Below, piece after piece: positions 38,868-51,400 of a stretch of DNA of 64,000 nucleotides; position 1 is the first letter of the stretch; every line of letters begins with the position of its first letter. The position numbers and the translations under genes were made by a program. The notes below the pieces were generated by a model, which made no database searches, was not told where the DNA came from, and saw only the letters and a list, made by a program, of their open reading frames with translations. Source of the stretch: an uncultured bacterium (GTDB taxonomy: Bacteria > Patescibacteriota > Patescibacteriia > Patescibacteriales > UBA12465). The stretch lies in assembly GCA_903945435.1 (NCBI GenBank), contig CAJAVM010000001.1, positions 9,071 through 73,070 on the forward strand. The letters run 5' to 3'.

Positions 38868-40124
38868 TTAAGTTCCTAAATTCCAACTTGATAAATAAGC
38901 GGCCTGTTCTTTACTTAATTTATCAATCGTAATCCCTAATGACTTTAATTTTAGACCAGCAACTCTTTTTTCAATTTCCTCAGAAACATTATGGACTTTA
39001 ATATCTAATCTTTTTTTGCTACTTACTACACTTTCAGCGGCTAAAGCTTGAGTAGAAAAACTCATATCCATTACACTCGCTGGATGACCTTCAGCGGCAG
39101 CTAAATTTACTAATCTCCCTTCGGCGAGTAAATATATACGTTTACTACCAATAATATATTCATCAACTTGGTTTCTAACTTGATAATTAACTTTTTTAGC
39201 CATTTTTTTTAAGGCTGGGATATCGATTTCAACATCAAAATGGCCAGAGTTACAAACAACCGAACCGCTCTTCATGTTTTTAAAATGATTAGCGACGATA
39301 ACATGCTTATCGCCAGTAATAGTACAAAATATATCACCAACTTTTGAAGCTTCATCCATAGTCATAACTTGAAAACCATCCATCGCTGCTTCTAAAGCTT
39401 TTATTTCATCAACTTCAGTTACAATAACTTTAGCACCCATCCCTCTGGCTCTCATCGCAAAGCCTTTTCCACACCAACCATATCCAGCAGTAACCACATT
39501 TTTTCCAGCAATTAAAGCATCGGTTGCACGAATAATTCCGTCTAAAGTAGACTGGCCAGTTCCATATCGATTATCAAATAAATTTTTAGTCTTAGCATCG
39601 TTAACAGCAATAACTGGTAGCTTTAATTTACCGTGAGCATCAAGGGCACGAAGTCGAATAACGCCGGTAGTAGTTTCTTCCATGCTCCCTAGAATATTTT
39701 TTGCATCAGCAACATATTTATTATGAAGCAGTGAAATTAAATCGGCACCATCATCCATGGTAATTTGTGGCTTATCTTTTAAGGCCTGATTAAGATGTTC
39801 GTAATACGTTTCATTATCTTCACCGCGAACAGCCATCACTTTTATTCCGTGATTTTTTACTAAAGTCGCGGCGATATCATCTTGAGTAGAAAGCGGGTTA
39901 GAAGCAACCAAAGTTATATCAGCACCTCCAGCTTTAAGAGTTAGCATTAAATTAGCCGTCTCAGCGGTTACGTGCATACAAGCGGAAATTCTCTTCCCTT
40001 TAAAAGGTTTGGTACGAGAAAACTCTGCTTTAATAATATTCAAAACTGGCATATCCAATCCGGCCCATTTTAGGCGTTTTTCTCCGGCGGCAGCGAGTCT
40101 TATGTCTTTGATGTGACTAGTCAT
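38868..40124 (-). CDS. ahcY: Adenosylhomocysteinase
   Basis: SNPLSTQD, DDGADL, EETTTG, FDNRYGTGQS, GYGWCGKG, GHP..VMD.SF. Confidence 0.97.
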   Translation of the reverse strand: MTSHIKDIRLAAAGEKRLKWAGLDMPVLNIIKAEFSRTKPFKGKRISACMHVTAETANLMLTLKAGGADITLVASNPLSTQDDIAATLVKNHGIKVMAVRGEDNETYYEHLNQALKDKPQITMDDGADLISLLHNKYVADAKNILGSMEETTTGVIRLRALDAHGKLKLPVIAVNDAKTKNLFDNRYGTGQSTLDGIIRATDALIAGKNVVTAGYGWCGKGFAMRARGMGAKVIVTEVDEIKALEAAMDGFQVMTMDEASKVGDIFCTITGDKHVIVANHFKNMKSGSVVCNSGHFDVEIDIPALKKMAKKVNYQVRNQVDEYIIGSKRIYLLAEGRLVNLAAAEGHPASVMDMSFSTQALAAESVVSSKKRLDIKVHNVSEEIEKRVAGLKLKSLGITIDKLSKEQAAYLSSWNLGT

Positions 40125-41098
40125 AAATTTATCTTTTCTTTATAATTTTTATAATATCTTTTTTGTAAATCTTTAACTGTAAAACTGTGAGTTTGAGTCC
40201 CATATTTTTCAACCGTATAGACTGAAATTGTTCCGGCTAACTGGCTACAAGTCTTTAGATTATAACCTTTTATTAACCCAAAAATCAACCCCGACCGATA
40301 AGCATCTCCGGCTCCGGTTGGATCTGAGGTATTTTTTGGGTTTGCTGGTTTAACCAACATTTTTTTACCATTCTGATAAATTTCTGAGCCTTTACTACCC
40401 TTGGTAATTATTAAAATTTCTACTTTTTGGCTTAAAGCCTTTATTTCTAAGCCCAAGGACTTAGAAATAAAATTCATTTCATAATCATTACCTATTAAAA
40501 CTTTTGCACCTTTAATAGCCTTGATTAATTCAGTCGCTGAAAAAGCCTGGACTACTTGCCCGGGATCAAAAATAAAAGGAATTTTTTTATTTCGATAAGC
40601 TGCGGCATACTGCAACATCATCTGCGGATTATCAGGAGCAATAATCGCTAACTTAATATTATATTTACTACAAGCTGAAGCAATGGCTTTAGCCGCATAA
40701 TTTTTTAAATAAGGACAAGGATAAAAAGCAGAGATTTGATTATCATTCTTATCAGTAATAATATGAGCGGCGGCTGTTGGACTAGTCTGATTTTCTTTTA
40801 TGAATTCAAGGTTGAGTTTATTTTTTAACATCCAATCACGATATGGTAAAAAATCAAAACCAACCGCCCCGAAGACGATTGGTTTTTCTTTTAAAAGAGA
40901 AAGATTATAAGCAATATTTCCGGCGGTACCGCCAAAACTAGTTTTAAGATTATCAACAACGAGACTAAGATTTAATTGATGAAACTGATGTGGTTTTCCG
41001 GCAACAATATTATCGGAAAAAACACCGGGGAAATCCATAATCTTATCAAAAGCGATGGAACCGGAAACTGCTATTTGCGGATTTTTATCTTTTAGCAT
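40121..41098 (-). CDS. PfkB-family kinase, probable adenosine/nucleoside kinase
   Basis: GSIAFD, FGGTAGNIAY, FDPGQ, NDYE, DPTGAGDAYR.G; stop overlaps the ahcY start. Confidence 0.85.
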   Translation of the reverse strand: MLKDKNPQIAVSGSIAFDKIMDFPGVFSDNIVAGKPHQFHQLNLSLVVDNLKTSFGGTAGNIAYNLSLLKEKPIVFGAVGFDFLPYRDWMLKNKLNLEFIKENQTSPTAAAHIITDKNDNQISAFYPCPYLKNYAAKAIASACSKYNIKLAIIAPDNPQMMLQYAAAYRNKKIPFIFDPGQVVQAFSATELIKAIKGAKVLIGNDYEMNFISKSLGLEIKALSQKVEILIITKGSKGSEIYQNGKKMLVKPANPKNTSDPTGAGDAYRSGLIFGLIKGYNLKTCSQLAGTISVYTVEKYGTQTHSFTVKDLQKRYYKNYKEKINL

Positions 41099-42086
41099 CT
41101 TTGCGAGCCTCTGCTTTTTTAAGGCGTAATATTTCCTGACTAATAGCTTTATATTCTAAACTTGATGGAGAATAACTGTTTAATATTTCTTCCATCTCAG
41201 CTGTACGGGGGGTTATTGGGCGAGAAACGGGAGTTGGGGCTGGGGCGACAACTGGAGGCACGCCGGGAATAGAGGCGGGGCGCATTGATGGTGCCACCTT
41301 TGCAACAACGGAATCGGATAATACATCACTATTGATTTGAGGATCTTCTTGGGGAACGTAATTTTTTAAAGCTTCTTCTACAAGCTTACTATTACTAACT
41401 GGCTCTAAAATTCCTTTTCTAAAAATAGTAAGTTTACCATTTATCATCATTGGATATTCTTCCTCAAATCCTCGAGGCTCATCGGAAGGCGCACCTAAAT
41501 CGTCAAAGAAATTAAACAGAAACTTTAAATGCTCATGCTCCGCTTCAGTCATATCCTTTGAGTTTTTGAGTTCCATCATATACTGTGCTCTAGCTAATTT
41601 ATCTTGGGACTCTAAACCAACTTTTACCAAATAATCTTTAAGCCAATCCTTTACAGTTTTGATTTCTGATTGACTAGTTATTTTTTCCGAGTTTTCTGTA
41701 AGGGCTTTTCTTATTTCTTCTTTAAATTTATTACGGTCTTCAATCACTAACAAAGACAACATTTTAATATTTAATTTACGGCTCAACTCATATTCCTCTA
41801 AACCAAACTGAAAACAAAAATTATCTTTAAATAAGGAAAAAATATTTTTATCATCCAAAGATGGCAAGGCTATAAATCTCAACTTTAATGTTAAATCTTT
41901 ATAAAAAGCGGAGAGCCTGGCATCACTCTGTAAGGTCTGGAAATTGGCCTCTAGTGCTTTCTCTAAAACTTTAACTAATTCTAGAGCTTTTGGCTGATCA
42001 TCATTTACAATAATCCCCCTAACAACATCAGATATTAAGTCTTGATAATCTTTTTCCAGAATTTTTTTATATTTATCGTCCTGCAT
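41085..42086 (-). CDS. Hypothetical protein
   Basis: 333-aa ORF with a Pro-rich linker near the C-terminus, coupled to its neighbours. Confidence 0.8.
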   Translation of the reverse strand: MQDDKYKKILEKDYQDLISDVVRGIIVNDDQPKALELVKVLEKALEANFQTLQSDARLSAFYKDLTLKLRFIALPSLDDKNIFSLFKDNFCFQFGLEEYELSRKLNIKMLSLLVIEDRNKFKEEIRKALTENSEKITSQSEIKTVKDWLKDYLVKVGLESQDKLARAQYMMELKNSKDMTEAEHEHLKFLFNFFDDLGAPSDEPRGFEEEYPMMINGKLTIFRKGILEPVSNSKLVEEALKNYVPQEDPQINSDVLSDSVVAKVAPSMRPASIPGVPPVVAPAPTPVSRPITPRTAEMEEILNSYSPSSLEYKAISQEILRLKKAEARKDAKR

Positions 42087-42088
42087 AA

Positions 42089-44716
42089 TTAGGATATAAA
42101 AGATTTAGCGTTATTATATTTTTGATCAAAGTTTTCAATTGTAGCAATATTACCTAAACGTTCTTTGATAGTGTTTATTAAACTATCTTTAGCGCCATCT
42201 GGAGTAACAGAAAATTCTCTAAGCAAGGCAGCGTTTTCTGGTTTTTGTAAAGCATCATAGACATGCTTAGCGGCGCTTTCATTCATAGTTTCGATATTCT
42301 TAATACCAGGAGCATTATTAATCGCTTGTAATTTTAAGACGCCTCCAACATCTAAATGAAAGTCCCCACCTTCATCGTGATAACCATAAGCAAGGCGATT
42401 ATTATTTCTAATAAATGCTTGTAATTGTTGTTTACCAGTTTCCACATCTCTAATTTCATTATGCTCTTTATCAGTAGTTTCACGCCAACGACCATCTTCC
42501 ATTAAATACGCAGAAGTTGCACCCCAATGGTTAGTTCCTTTATTAATTTCGGCAACCTGACTTCCTAAAGCAAACGATTCTTGTTCATTAAATCCGGCAT
42601 AATTTTTTGCACCTTTGGTAGATAATTGGCGCATCATGTCTTTAAGACCGACATGGTCGGTTCTTCCAGCTAAAGGTTGCAAAAATTCATTGTCATTTAC
42701 ATCTTTAGCCATCTTAAGCATAACCGCCTTAATCATGTTCTTATCACGAGTTCCAATCGCGCCCTTAAGCATGCGGAACAACTCTGAAGGATCATCAATA
42801 TCACGCAAATCTCCCATTTTCTTCTGGACAGCCGTTTGTTCGGCTAATCTAGCCTGACGAGCATATTTAGGAATATTATCGGAAGCTTTTTTATCTAAAG
42901 CATCAACAGAAGTTTGACGCTGTTTGACTTGTTGTCTTGCTTCAAATTTATCTTTATCAGTAAATATAGTCGTTTCATTGTCTCTAGCCCAAGTATCTAT
43001 TCTTCCTAAATGGTTTCTTTCTTCTTTTGCCGACTCTCTTTCAGCTTCCGTTTCTAATTTTGATTTTTGTAGTTCAGCTAATTTATCCTCATCTTTATAT
43101 TGGCCTTTACCATTTTCTCTTGCTATTTCTGTATCTATAGATCTAACTTTTGCATCAGCTGCAGCAAAGTTTCCATAAGCGACACGCATTTTTTCATCAA
43201 CATCATCTCTCATTTTTTGCTGCTGAGGAATGCTCGCACTCATGTAATTAGATTCAAAACTTTCACGCTCAAGCTCTTTTGCTTCTACGGCTTTATCAGC
43301 AATTGCCTGATCCTGTACTTTTCTCATTCTCGGAGCCCCCTTCAATTGTTTAATAATTCCAACTGGTTTAATCCCCTTCCAATCAGACAACCTATCCCAA
43401 GCATCTGCTGGTCCAGCAGTCATCGCCATCACGCCAGAAAATCCTCCTTTGTTCATTCTATCGGCCGCATTAACAACCCCTCGAACATATTGGTCATTCT
43501 TCTTTTCTTTTCGTCTAGCCTGTAATCCCGTCCAAACTCGTTTCAAATTCAAATCAACAATCCCTTTTTCTTGTAAAAATTTATCATTAGCCCACCCAGC
43601 AGAACCTTTAGCGCCCTTCCAGGCTAATAATCCTGCGCCAGCCGCTGCGCCGATAGCTAACTTATTCCCCTTACTCGCAATGCTACCCGCGAAACTAGCA
43701 GCTGAGCCACCAATTTCTTGAGCAACTTTCATGCCTCCCAAAAGCATCGCAATCGCAATAATAAATTTAATCATTAGGTCTGAAGTCCCATATACACACT
43801 CCCCGTCAGCCCCAATATCGCAAGTAATATCCTGAGAAGTATCCTTGAAATCTCCTACAACATCATTCCCTTTGTCGCTAAAACTAACTAAAGATGTAAA
43901 TGATAACCAAATAAAAAATGCTAGTACAGGACCAGTAATTAAATTTTTAGTAAATTCACTCCACCATTCTGAAGAAAACTTCGCACCTCCAGGAAAAGCC
44001 GCAGTTAAATAGGCAAATGGAGACAAAACAACATAAACCCAAATCATTACAATACGCATGACCAACATGCCCACCATGGCGGTAATTGTAATTAAAGTAA
44101 TAACTAAATAAATAACAGATAAAACATAAGCTGAAGCTACTGTCCAACCGCCAACTTCTTTAATACCATTTAAACTTTGCCAGCCCGTAATACCTAACAT
44201 ATCAACCAAACTTCCGGCGGCAACGTCCTTAAAAGCATTAACAAAAGTAAGCATGACTACTTGTGATAAATCAATTAACAAACCACAAATAGTTTTAGAA
44301 AAATTAATCAAGATAGCCATTAAAATTAATTTTGGCAACCATTTCTTATAACTATAGTTTTCAATTCTTAAAATCGTAGCAAAAGCAATAATCAATAAAA
44401 TAACAACAAAAAACATGTTGGAAATATCTCTAGCAATCACCCAACCATTTACAATCGCTGCTGATTTAATAAAATTATTATACTGAGCAACTTGAATTAA
44501 GACGGCCATCAACTTAACTAAAATCCAACCTAAAATAGAGGCGATTCCTTGAGCAAGCCCGCCAATGAGCCATGTAACCCAGCCAGTTCCAGAGCCACTA
44601 TCTTGTGCCCAGGCGGCAGTTTGTGGAAATAAGAAAGCGGCAGAGACAATAACAATAACAGTAAAAATTGCCCACGATTTTTTATTTAGCTTAAGTTTCT
44701 TCATGCTGATTTTCAT
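42089..44716 (-). CDS. VirB6/TrbL-like polytopic membrane protein with a long C-terminal helical region
   Basis: GW...RD..N.FF...LL.IAF.TIL, LINFSK, R...IW...VLSP.A, WW..F, P...FF.WL. Confidence 0.75.
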   Translation of the reverse strand: MKISMKKLKLNKKSWAIFTVIVIVSAAFLFPQTAAWAQDSGSGTGWVTWLIGGLAQGIASILGWILVKLMAVLIQVAQYNNFIKSAAIVNGWVIARDISNMFFVVILLIIAFATILRIENYSYKKWLPKLILMAILINFSKTICGLLIDLSQVVMLTFVNAFKDVAAGSLVDMLGITGWQSLNGIKEVGGWTVASAYVLSVIYLVITLITITAMVGMLVMRIVMIWVYVVLSPFAYLTAAFPGGAKFSSEWWSEFTKNLITGPVLAFFIWLSFTSLVSFSDKGNDVVGDFKDTSQDITCDIGADGECVYGTSDLMIKFIIAIAMLLGGMKVAQEIGGSAASFAGSIASKGNKLAIGAAAGAGLLAWKGAKGSAGWANDKFLQEKGIVDLNLKRVWTGLQARRKEKKNDQYVRGVVNAADRMNKGGFSGVMAMTAGPADAWDRLSDWKGIKPVGIIKQLKGAPRMRKVQDQAIADKAVEAKELERESFESNYMSASIPQQQKMRDDVDEKMRVAYGNFAAADAKVRSIDTEIARENGKGQYKDEDKLAELQKSKLETEAERESAKEERNHLGRIDTWARDNETTIFTDKDKFEARQQVKQRQTSVDALDKKASDNIPKYARQARLAEQTAVQKKMGDLRDIDDPSELFRMLKGAIGTRDKNMIKAVMLKMAKDVNDNEFLQPLAGRTDHVGLKDMMRQLSTKGAKNYAGFNEQESFALGSQVAEINKGTNHWGATSAYLMEDGRWRETTDKEHNEIRDVETGKQQLQAFIRNNNRLAYGYHDEGGDFHLDVGGVLKLQAINNAPGIKNIETMNESAAKHVYDALQKPENAALLREFSVTPDGAKDSLINTIKERLGNIATIENFDQKYNNAKSFIS

Positions 44717-44736
44717 ATTTGATTATTCGATTGAAT

Positions 44737-45411
44737 CTATGAACCCCACTTAGTAATTCCTAAAGAGCTCCATACCCATCCAAAGGCCTGGCTAATAAAT
44801 GCCATCGGATTGGTAATAATTTGCAATAAAGCACCGATAATTACTAAAATTATAAAAATTATTAACAACAACACTAAATCCAAGGCTAATAACATCATGC
44901 TTTCTCCAATATTAGCACAGCCGTTCACCTTATCAACTTTATCACTTAAACTTTTACCCATTATCGATTCCCGAGCAGAATTACTGCCAGGCATAATACC
45001 CGACTCTAACCACTCCTCACCCAACTTACAAAATAAACTTTTTCCAATTACTATTCTTAAAAATACATGAATATTTATCCAAATGAGCGTTAATCCGAAA
45101 CTAGCAGGTAAGTTTATCCAAGATTCAGCTAATAATTTGCTCAAGGCTTTTCTGGTCGGAGCTTTGGCTTTTGCCTTCAATCCACCCTTTACACCCCCTT
45201 GTTCTTTCTTAGACTCTTCTCTTTTAGCCGCAATTACTGCTTCTCTTAAAGTTTGAGGTTCTTCTGATGAACCAGCTTGATTTCCAGATTGGCGCTTAGC
45301 CTCATTTAAAGCTCCGGCTTTATCGCTACTAGATTCAGAGGGGTTCATCAAACGACTATCAAACTGTTCGTCAAATCCAACACGAGAATTAGATGCATTA
45401 CTTTGAGCCAT
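44737..45411 (-). CDS. Hypothetical membrane protein
   Basis: 224 aa with C-terminal TM segments. Confidence 0.75.
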   Translation of the reverse strand: MAQSNASNSRVGFDEQFDSRLMNPSESSSDKAGALNEAKRQSGNQAGSSEEPQTLREAVIAAKREESKKEQGGVKGGLKAKAKAPTRKALSKLLAESWINLPASFGLTLIWINIHVFLRIVIGKSLFCKLGEEWLESGIMPGSNSARESIMGKSLSDKVDKVNGCANIGESMMLLALDLVLLLIIFIILVIIGALLQIITNPMAFISQAFGWVWSSLGITKWGS

Positions 45412-45430
45412 ATTTTAATTAGTTCAACAA

Positions 45431-48400
45431 TCAATTAAAAGAACCCGTATTATCCCAATTATCCCAAACTTTAATCTTAATATTTGGAGTCCCATAGTTT
45501 TTATCATAATAATGATAAATTACATGAGGGTTACCAGTATATGGTCTGTGATCCTGACCAGTAATAGCCTGCCTATTTCCGTCTCCCCATTCAATATAAA
45601 TCATTCGGAGTGGTTGTTGTTCCGGATTAACAATAGTATTAAATTCTAAGCTATAAACACCGCTATGATCAACCTTCATGCCAGAACCAATATTAGTATC
45701 AACGCCATTATATTTAAGTTTGACGTTTGCCCCTGGTATAGATGGTTCAGCTACTGTAGCGGTTTTACTCCAATTACCAGTCGAATCAGGAATATAGGAA
45801 CCATCGGAATATTTAAAGGACCCGTAAGATTGTAAGAAAATAGTACTTAACACATTCGAAGCTACTAAAGTCTCACTATTGGCCCAAATCGGCCGACAGA
45901 TACCAAATCCACCGTCAGAACAACTCTTTCTATTAATATACTCTCCATCATTATTACCAGTAGAATAAGTAACTGCGCCATTAGTTGCTACGCTATAATT
46001 ATTAGGCATGAAAACACACATGACATTAGGATTATCGCTACAATAACCAATATTCATACAAGCAGTACCAGAACAATCATAAGGACGACCGCTAAAAATA
46101 GTTTGTTTATCTTTCAAATAATATTGATTTTGCAAAAAAATTGGACCACTATTTAAAATATCATATGTTTCAGGAATAGTGGCTGATCCGAACGGAACCC
46201 CATTACGTTGACGACCATAGAATTGTAAACCAACCGAAGGACTGGCTAAGTTAAAGAAATCTGGAGTCGTAACTGCCCAACGTGGATCTGCGGTAATACC
46301 AGTTCTAACTACCCAGGCCTTATTTATTCCACTACTAGAAACGACTTGAGCAAAGTTATTACAAGTAAAATTAAATACTTTATCTCTATCACCAATATTA
46401 GCAGCTAAATATTGCAACCCTTGCTCATCAACCGCTGGATGATTATTATCGAAGATTCTAATCGGTGGTTCGGCATTAGTCGCTTCGTCAACTGGCTTAC
46501 ATTGGCCAGCGGCATCATCGCTACATTCGCTATTAGGGCCGGCGACAAATAATTTACCTCCGTTACCTGCCTGGAACCAAGCTGACTTATAGAACTTAAC
46601 TTCTTCGCAATTATTAGGTTTACTATCCAAAGACGCTGCAAAAGGAAGGCCAACAGCCGCTGTAGTTAAAGGTCCAACTCCAAACAAGAAGAATGGTGAG
46701 CGCTCATTAGGTACGCAATAAATAAATTCATTGTTCCAACTTATTTTAGAATTAACATGGATTGCTTTATAGTTAACTGAGTCTCCACAATACGTAAGAG
46801 CATAGGAGGAAGCCATTTCTCCGCACCAATCCCAATTAAGATAAACGGGGTTCCCTGAACTATCTGTTCCCGTTTGGCCCACTATACCGCCAGCCCCCGC
46901 AACGTTAACGCAGTCAGGACTATATGGATACATTGGATCAGTACCATTAGGATTTGTAGTACACTTCACATTATTTCCACCAGTAACATAATAACTATCA
47001 TCTTTATCCTGAGTATTGAATACTAAGTTTGTAATAATCTTTTTAGCAAATTTAACATTAGCATTAACTCCAGTACAATAACTCAAACCAGTTGGACCGT
47101 TATAGCCCAAACTTTGACTACCAAGGACGGAAGAACTAACTCTATCAACTGGGTACCAAACAGTACAAACCGATGGATTATTTTTATCATGCTCTAAACA
47201 ATAACCTTCTAAACCATCTTTAATAACATTCTTACTTTGGTTCTTACAACTTAAACTACTATTAGTCGGGTATAAACGACATTCACGAGCGGCATACCTA
47301 TCAACTCCGACCTGAAGAACTGGCTCAATATTAATATCATCAAAATAAGCCTCTCCTTCAGCCGAGCCTTCACCCGAACCAGAACGTAGGTAAATTCTAA
47401 TTTGAGGATTGGTGTCACCAGCTGTAAATTTATGTATTTGTCTTGACCAACCACTAGCACTAGAAGCAGTAAATACTGTATCTATCGGCGAATCTTTAAC
47501 ATCAATAATCACTTGAGCTTGAGAACCAGAATTTTTTGTATTTAATAAATAGTTAATATAATAGTCCTGCTTAGCGGATAGATTAATCCAACCACCTTCT
47601 GGTTGAGGAGAAACACTATAAGCCGCTGGGACTTTAACATAACTCTTACCAGAAACTGGGTAGTCCGGTCCATTATCTTTTGGTTCTCTAACAATTAGCT
47701 GTTTAGCAATATTTGTAAAACTACAATCTCCGCCAGCAATGCCAGCAATTCTAGCAATTCTAGCACAAGATAGAGATGGGATTAGTTCTTCGAAGTCATA
47801 ATGAGCCTCGCTATTTAATCCAACCTCTTTCATATTACTAATATTATACTTATTCCAGAAAGAGTAGCCAGTTGCATTCTCAGGTTTTTCAATATTAGTT
47901 GAAGTTACCGAAACAAAGTTATTGCATTCGCCTCTATCATTTAAGCTATTACATTGCTTCATTGAATAGCAAATTTCTGCGCCAGTCTCATCCTTAGAAT
48001 AAGTTGAACAGTCAAGCCAACCAGAACAAACTCGATTTGGTCTAACTTTTATTAATTTATTAGCAGCACAAGAGCCAGTCTGGCTTGAGTTACATTTAAC
48101 TGGTGAAGTTTTAGCAATGCTAGCATAAGGATCAAAGAATCCCGTTAAATTAACTAATCCACTAGCGCCAGCAATAACTCTTTCATTAAATAATACGCAG
48201 CCATTATCAAAATTTACCAAACCGTTGCAGCTTGTTTTATCAATAGTTCCCGCTAATTGATACCCGATTGCCAATTCCCTAACTTCCGCTGAACCAGAAA
48301 GAGTTGCGGTTGAATTATTGAAAGAATTAAAGATTGCAGTTTTTATTGTTCCTCCAATACTAATAATTTTAGTCGAAGTTCCTAAAGTATTATTGATTAA

Positions 48401-51400
48401 TAAAGGCTTAACATCATTTGTAAGAGTTAGCGAAGCATCAGGAACGTTAGCAAGAGAAGTTGATGTAGCAGATAATAAATAAAGTTTATTCTTCTGTAAG
48501 GCGACGACTGCTGTTCCTAGAACTGATAAGTTTGGATTAAACTGACTCACTGGATCAATATATTCACTACAACCAGAGGCCTTAATATCACATAAACCAG
48601 CTTCTTTAGTAGGAACTGGAATCTGATTTCCAGCACCACCCAAACCAATAGTTTTAAAATAAGAAACATCGCAAGGATAATCTCCATTATCTATAATACA
48701 AGGCTTACCCGCACAATCATCAACGCTAGAGCAAGCAGCATAATTTTTTTCTGCACCATCAATCTTACCGCTTGAATTAGTATCGCAACGTTTAACCGCT
48801 GCTCGATACCAACCTTTTTGATCAGATCTTTGATCTTGAGGAATACGATAAGTACAAATATTATCACCTGGATCACGGAAATAACTTAACCCGCCGTCAT
48901 CGCTATTTTTCCATTCTTCACAACCCAAACCAGACGAATCACACATAGTGCTACCGTAAAGATTAGGATTGTTTATTTTAAATGTATCCGACCAGAAAGT
49001 TTTACCAGCAGTAATTTTCGCCTGACCTAACATACTACAACCTAAATCTTTTTGGTTACAGCTCTTTTTTGCATCATAAACAATATATAAAGCGCTATCA
49101 GCTGAAACTTTTACGCAATCAGGTTCAGTAGCATCACATTGTTTATTTCCATCCTTATCGCCCCATAAGCCGGCACCATAAGGGACATAATTTTGAGTAC
49201 TAACTACTTGCTCACAACCAATTGAGGACTGATCACAGATATTAGAGAATGTATGCAAGTTATGATTAACTCCTGCTTTATCAGAATAAGCGGCACAACC
49301 GAGATTATAATCTTCACCCTGATAATTATCTAGATTATCATAGTAACAGACTGGAGGGATTTTGCTTGATGACCTTATTAGATAGAATCGATCGGTGATT
49401 TCAGTAAGAATAAAATTATCAAGATGGAAATCATTATTAGCAGTAATTACTAAAGTCTCATTAAGAGAAATAGCGTGATTCAAGTTTTCTAAATTAGCTG
49501 AATATAATTGCCAATTTCCACCACCAGAAACTTTAATAGGATTACCAGAATTAAATTCTGCTTTTTCTTTTGTATCCGGATTATAAATATAAATTTTCAA
49601 ATCAGTGCCAGCAGGAGAACTTGCTAAAAACTTTATGCTATATGCTTTTCCTTGTCGAACAGTTCCACTAACCTTCAATTGAGCCGCCTGATTATCGCCA
49701 GCCATGATTTGCTTAATTAGTGGCATTCTAGTCGCTAAAGTTTGTACGTTACTACCAATCTCTGAACAAGAACTAGCACTACTATTATAATATAAGGAGT
49801 GACCTCCTTTATTACTAGAAATTGTATCTAACTTAATTCCATTACTACAATTAGAAGCCCAAGCAGTAGAAGCAGATTCAAAATCATAAGAAGCAGCTAA
49901 ACGGATATTATTACCCTCGTTACCATTATATTCACGACAACCGGTTTCACTAGCGCTGCATTTCTTACCTTCTCCCGGAATGCCCTGATAAACACAAGCT
50001 TTATGAGTGCTATTCCATACACCGCCATTTACACAAGAGATGCAGGCCCCTTCGCTATTATCCCAGCTCTTATTTGTACCCGAACACTGTGCTTTAGTTA
50101 AGCGTCTATCATAATTTTTTTCAGTTATACGATAGGCTCGACAAGAATCCGAACAAGTAATAACACTAGAATTTAAATGATAGAAAATTTCTCCAGTTGA
50201 AGTATAGAACTGCTGACAATTTGGATTATATACTGGACTATTTACTGGGGCATTAAAAATAGTTTCGTTACAAGAAGCACTATCATCAATAATTGAAACT
50301 GGGGCGTTATTAATATCTTTTTGTAAACTATACAAACGAAGTTGATAACCAGTTCCCGTCCCCTCCCAAGTATAGAAACCGCCGCAAGTTGCTTGGCTAG
50401 GTTTAACACATTGCTTTAAAGCAGAATAATATTCTTTATTCTCACCACCAGCAGTTAAGTCATCTAAATTTGTAAATTCATTACAGCCAACCGATTCAGC
50501 ATTACAAGCCTCAGCAGTTTTTGGAATAATATTATCTGCTTGAGCAGAGTTGAAATAAGTTTCGCGTGCAATATAAACATCGTAACCTACACATTCAGAA
50601 GGACAATAATCCATGCTATCAACTTTGGCGGGCACAGAGAAATTACTATTTGCTGATTTGAATAAATCACAACCAACTTCTGATTGACTACATTTTCTAG
50701 CATAATTGGAACATTTTGCTGGAGCATTATCTTTTAGGCGATATCCAACTCCACTACCATCATTTGTATAACAAGCACTTTCTAAATATTGAGGTAATAA
50801 TTTTTGATAAACCTTAGAAGAACCGTAAGAACTGTAACCAGTATCATAATTACTCATCTCGAACTTTATATTTTTTACATAAGCAGTTACAGAAGATGAG
50901 CCATAAACAGTAATCGAAAAATTTGGTTGACTAAAATCGTCACCCGCTTTCCTGACTAAGCTTATGTGCTGCCATTGACCAGTAGTGCTATTGCTATAGA
51001 CCTCGCTACCGATAGATAAGCGTGAACCACTACCAGATGAAACAAAAACATCAGCACTTAAAGTATAAGCTTGTCCAGGAACTAATTCTAAATTATTAGG
51101 TAACAAGGAGCCATTAATAATTTCTGAATTAGAATTAACAGAAACATTTAACGTTCCCGCTATCTTCAATGCTTTACCTGTATTTCCTCCTGGTTCAACA
51201 GAAGAATCGACAATGTCAGCTTTTGAAGCAGTAATCGGCCAGTCATTTAGAAAATTAGTTGTTGACGAAGCACCAATACTATCATTTATAAAATCTGAAT
51301 TCATTATTAAATTAGCGCCCCAAGTTGGCTTAATACGCATAAATTCTGAACAGCCTTCATCTTTAGCAGAACACTCACTAGCATTTTTATTAAGATAAAC

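Noticed and set aside
38831..41100. SAM or SAH riboswitch upstream of metK/ahcY
   Set aside because: Intergenic spaces are 37 bp or less, or overlapping, and AT-rich, leaving no room for an aptamer.
40121..45433. Alternative genetic code (TGA = Gly, as in Gracilibacteria/Absconditabacteria)
   Set aside because: TGA serves as a normal stop (e.g. 40121-40123, 45431-45433), and long conserved genes translate uninterrupted under code 11.
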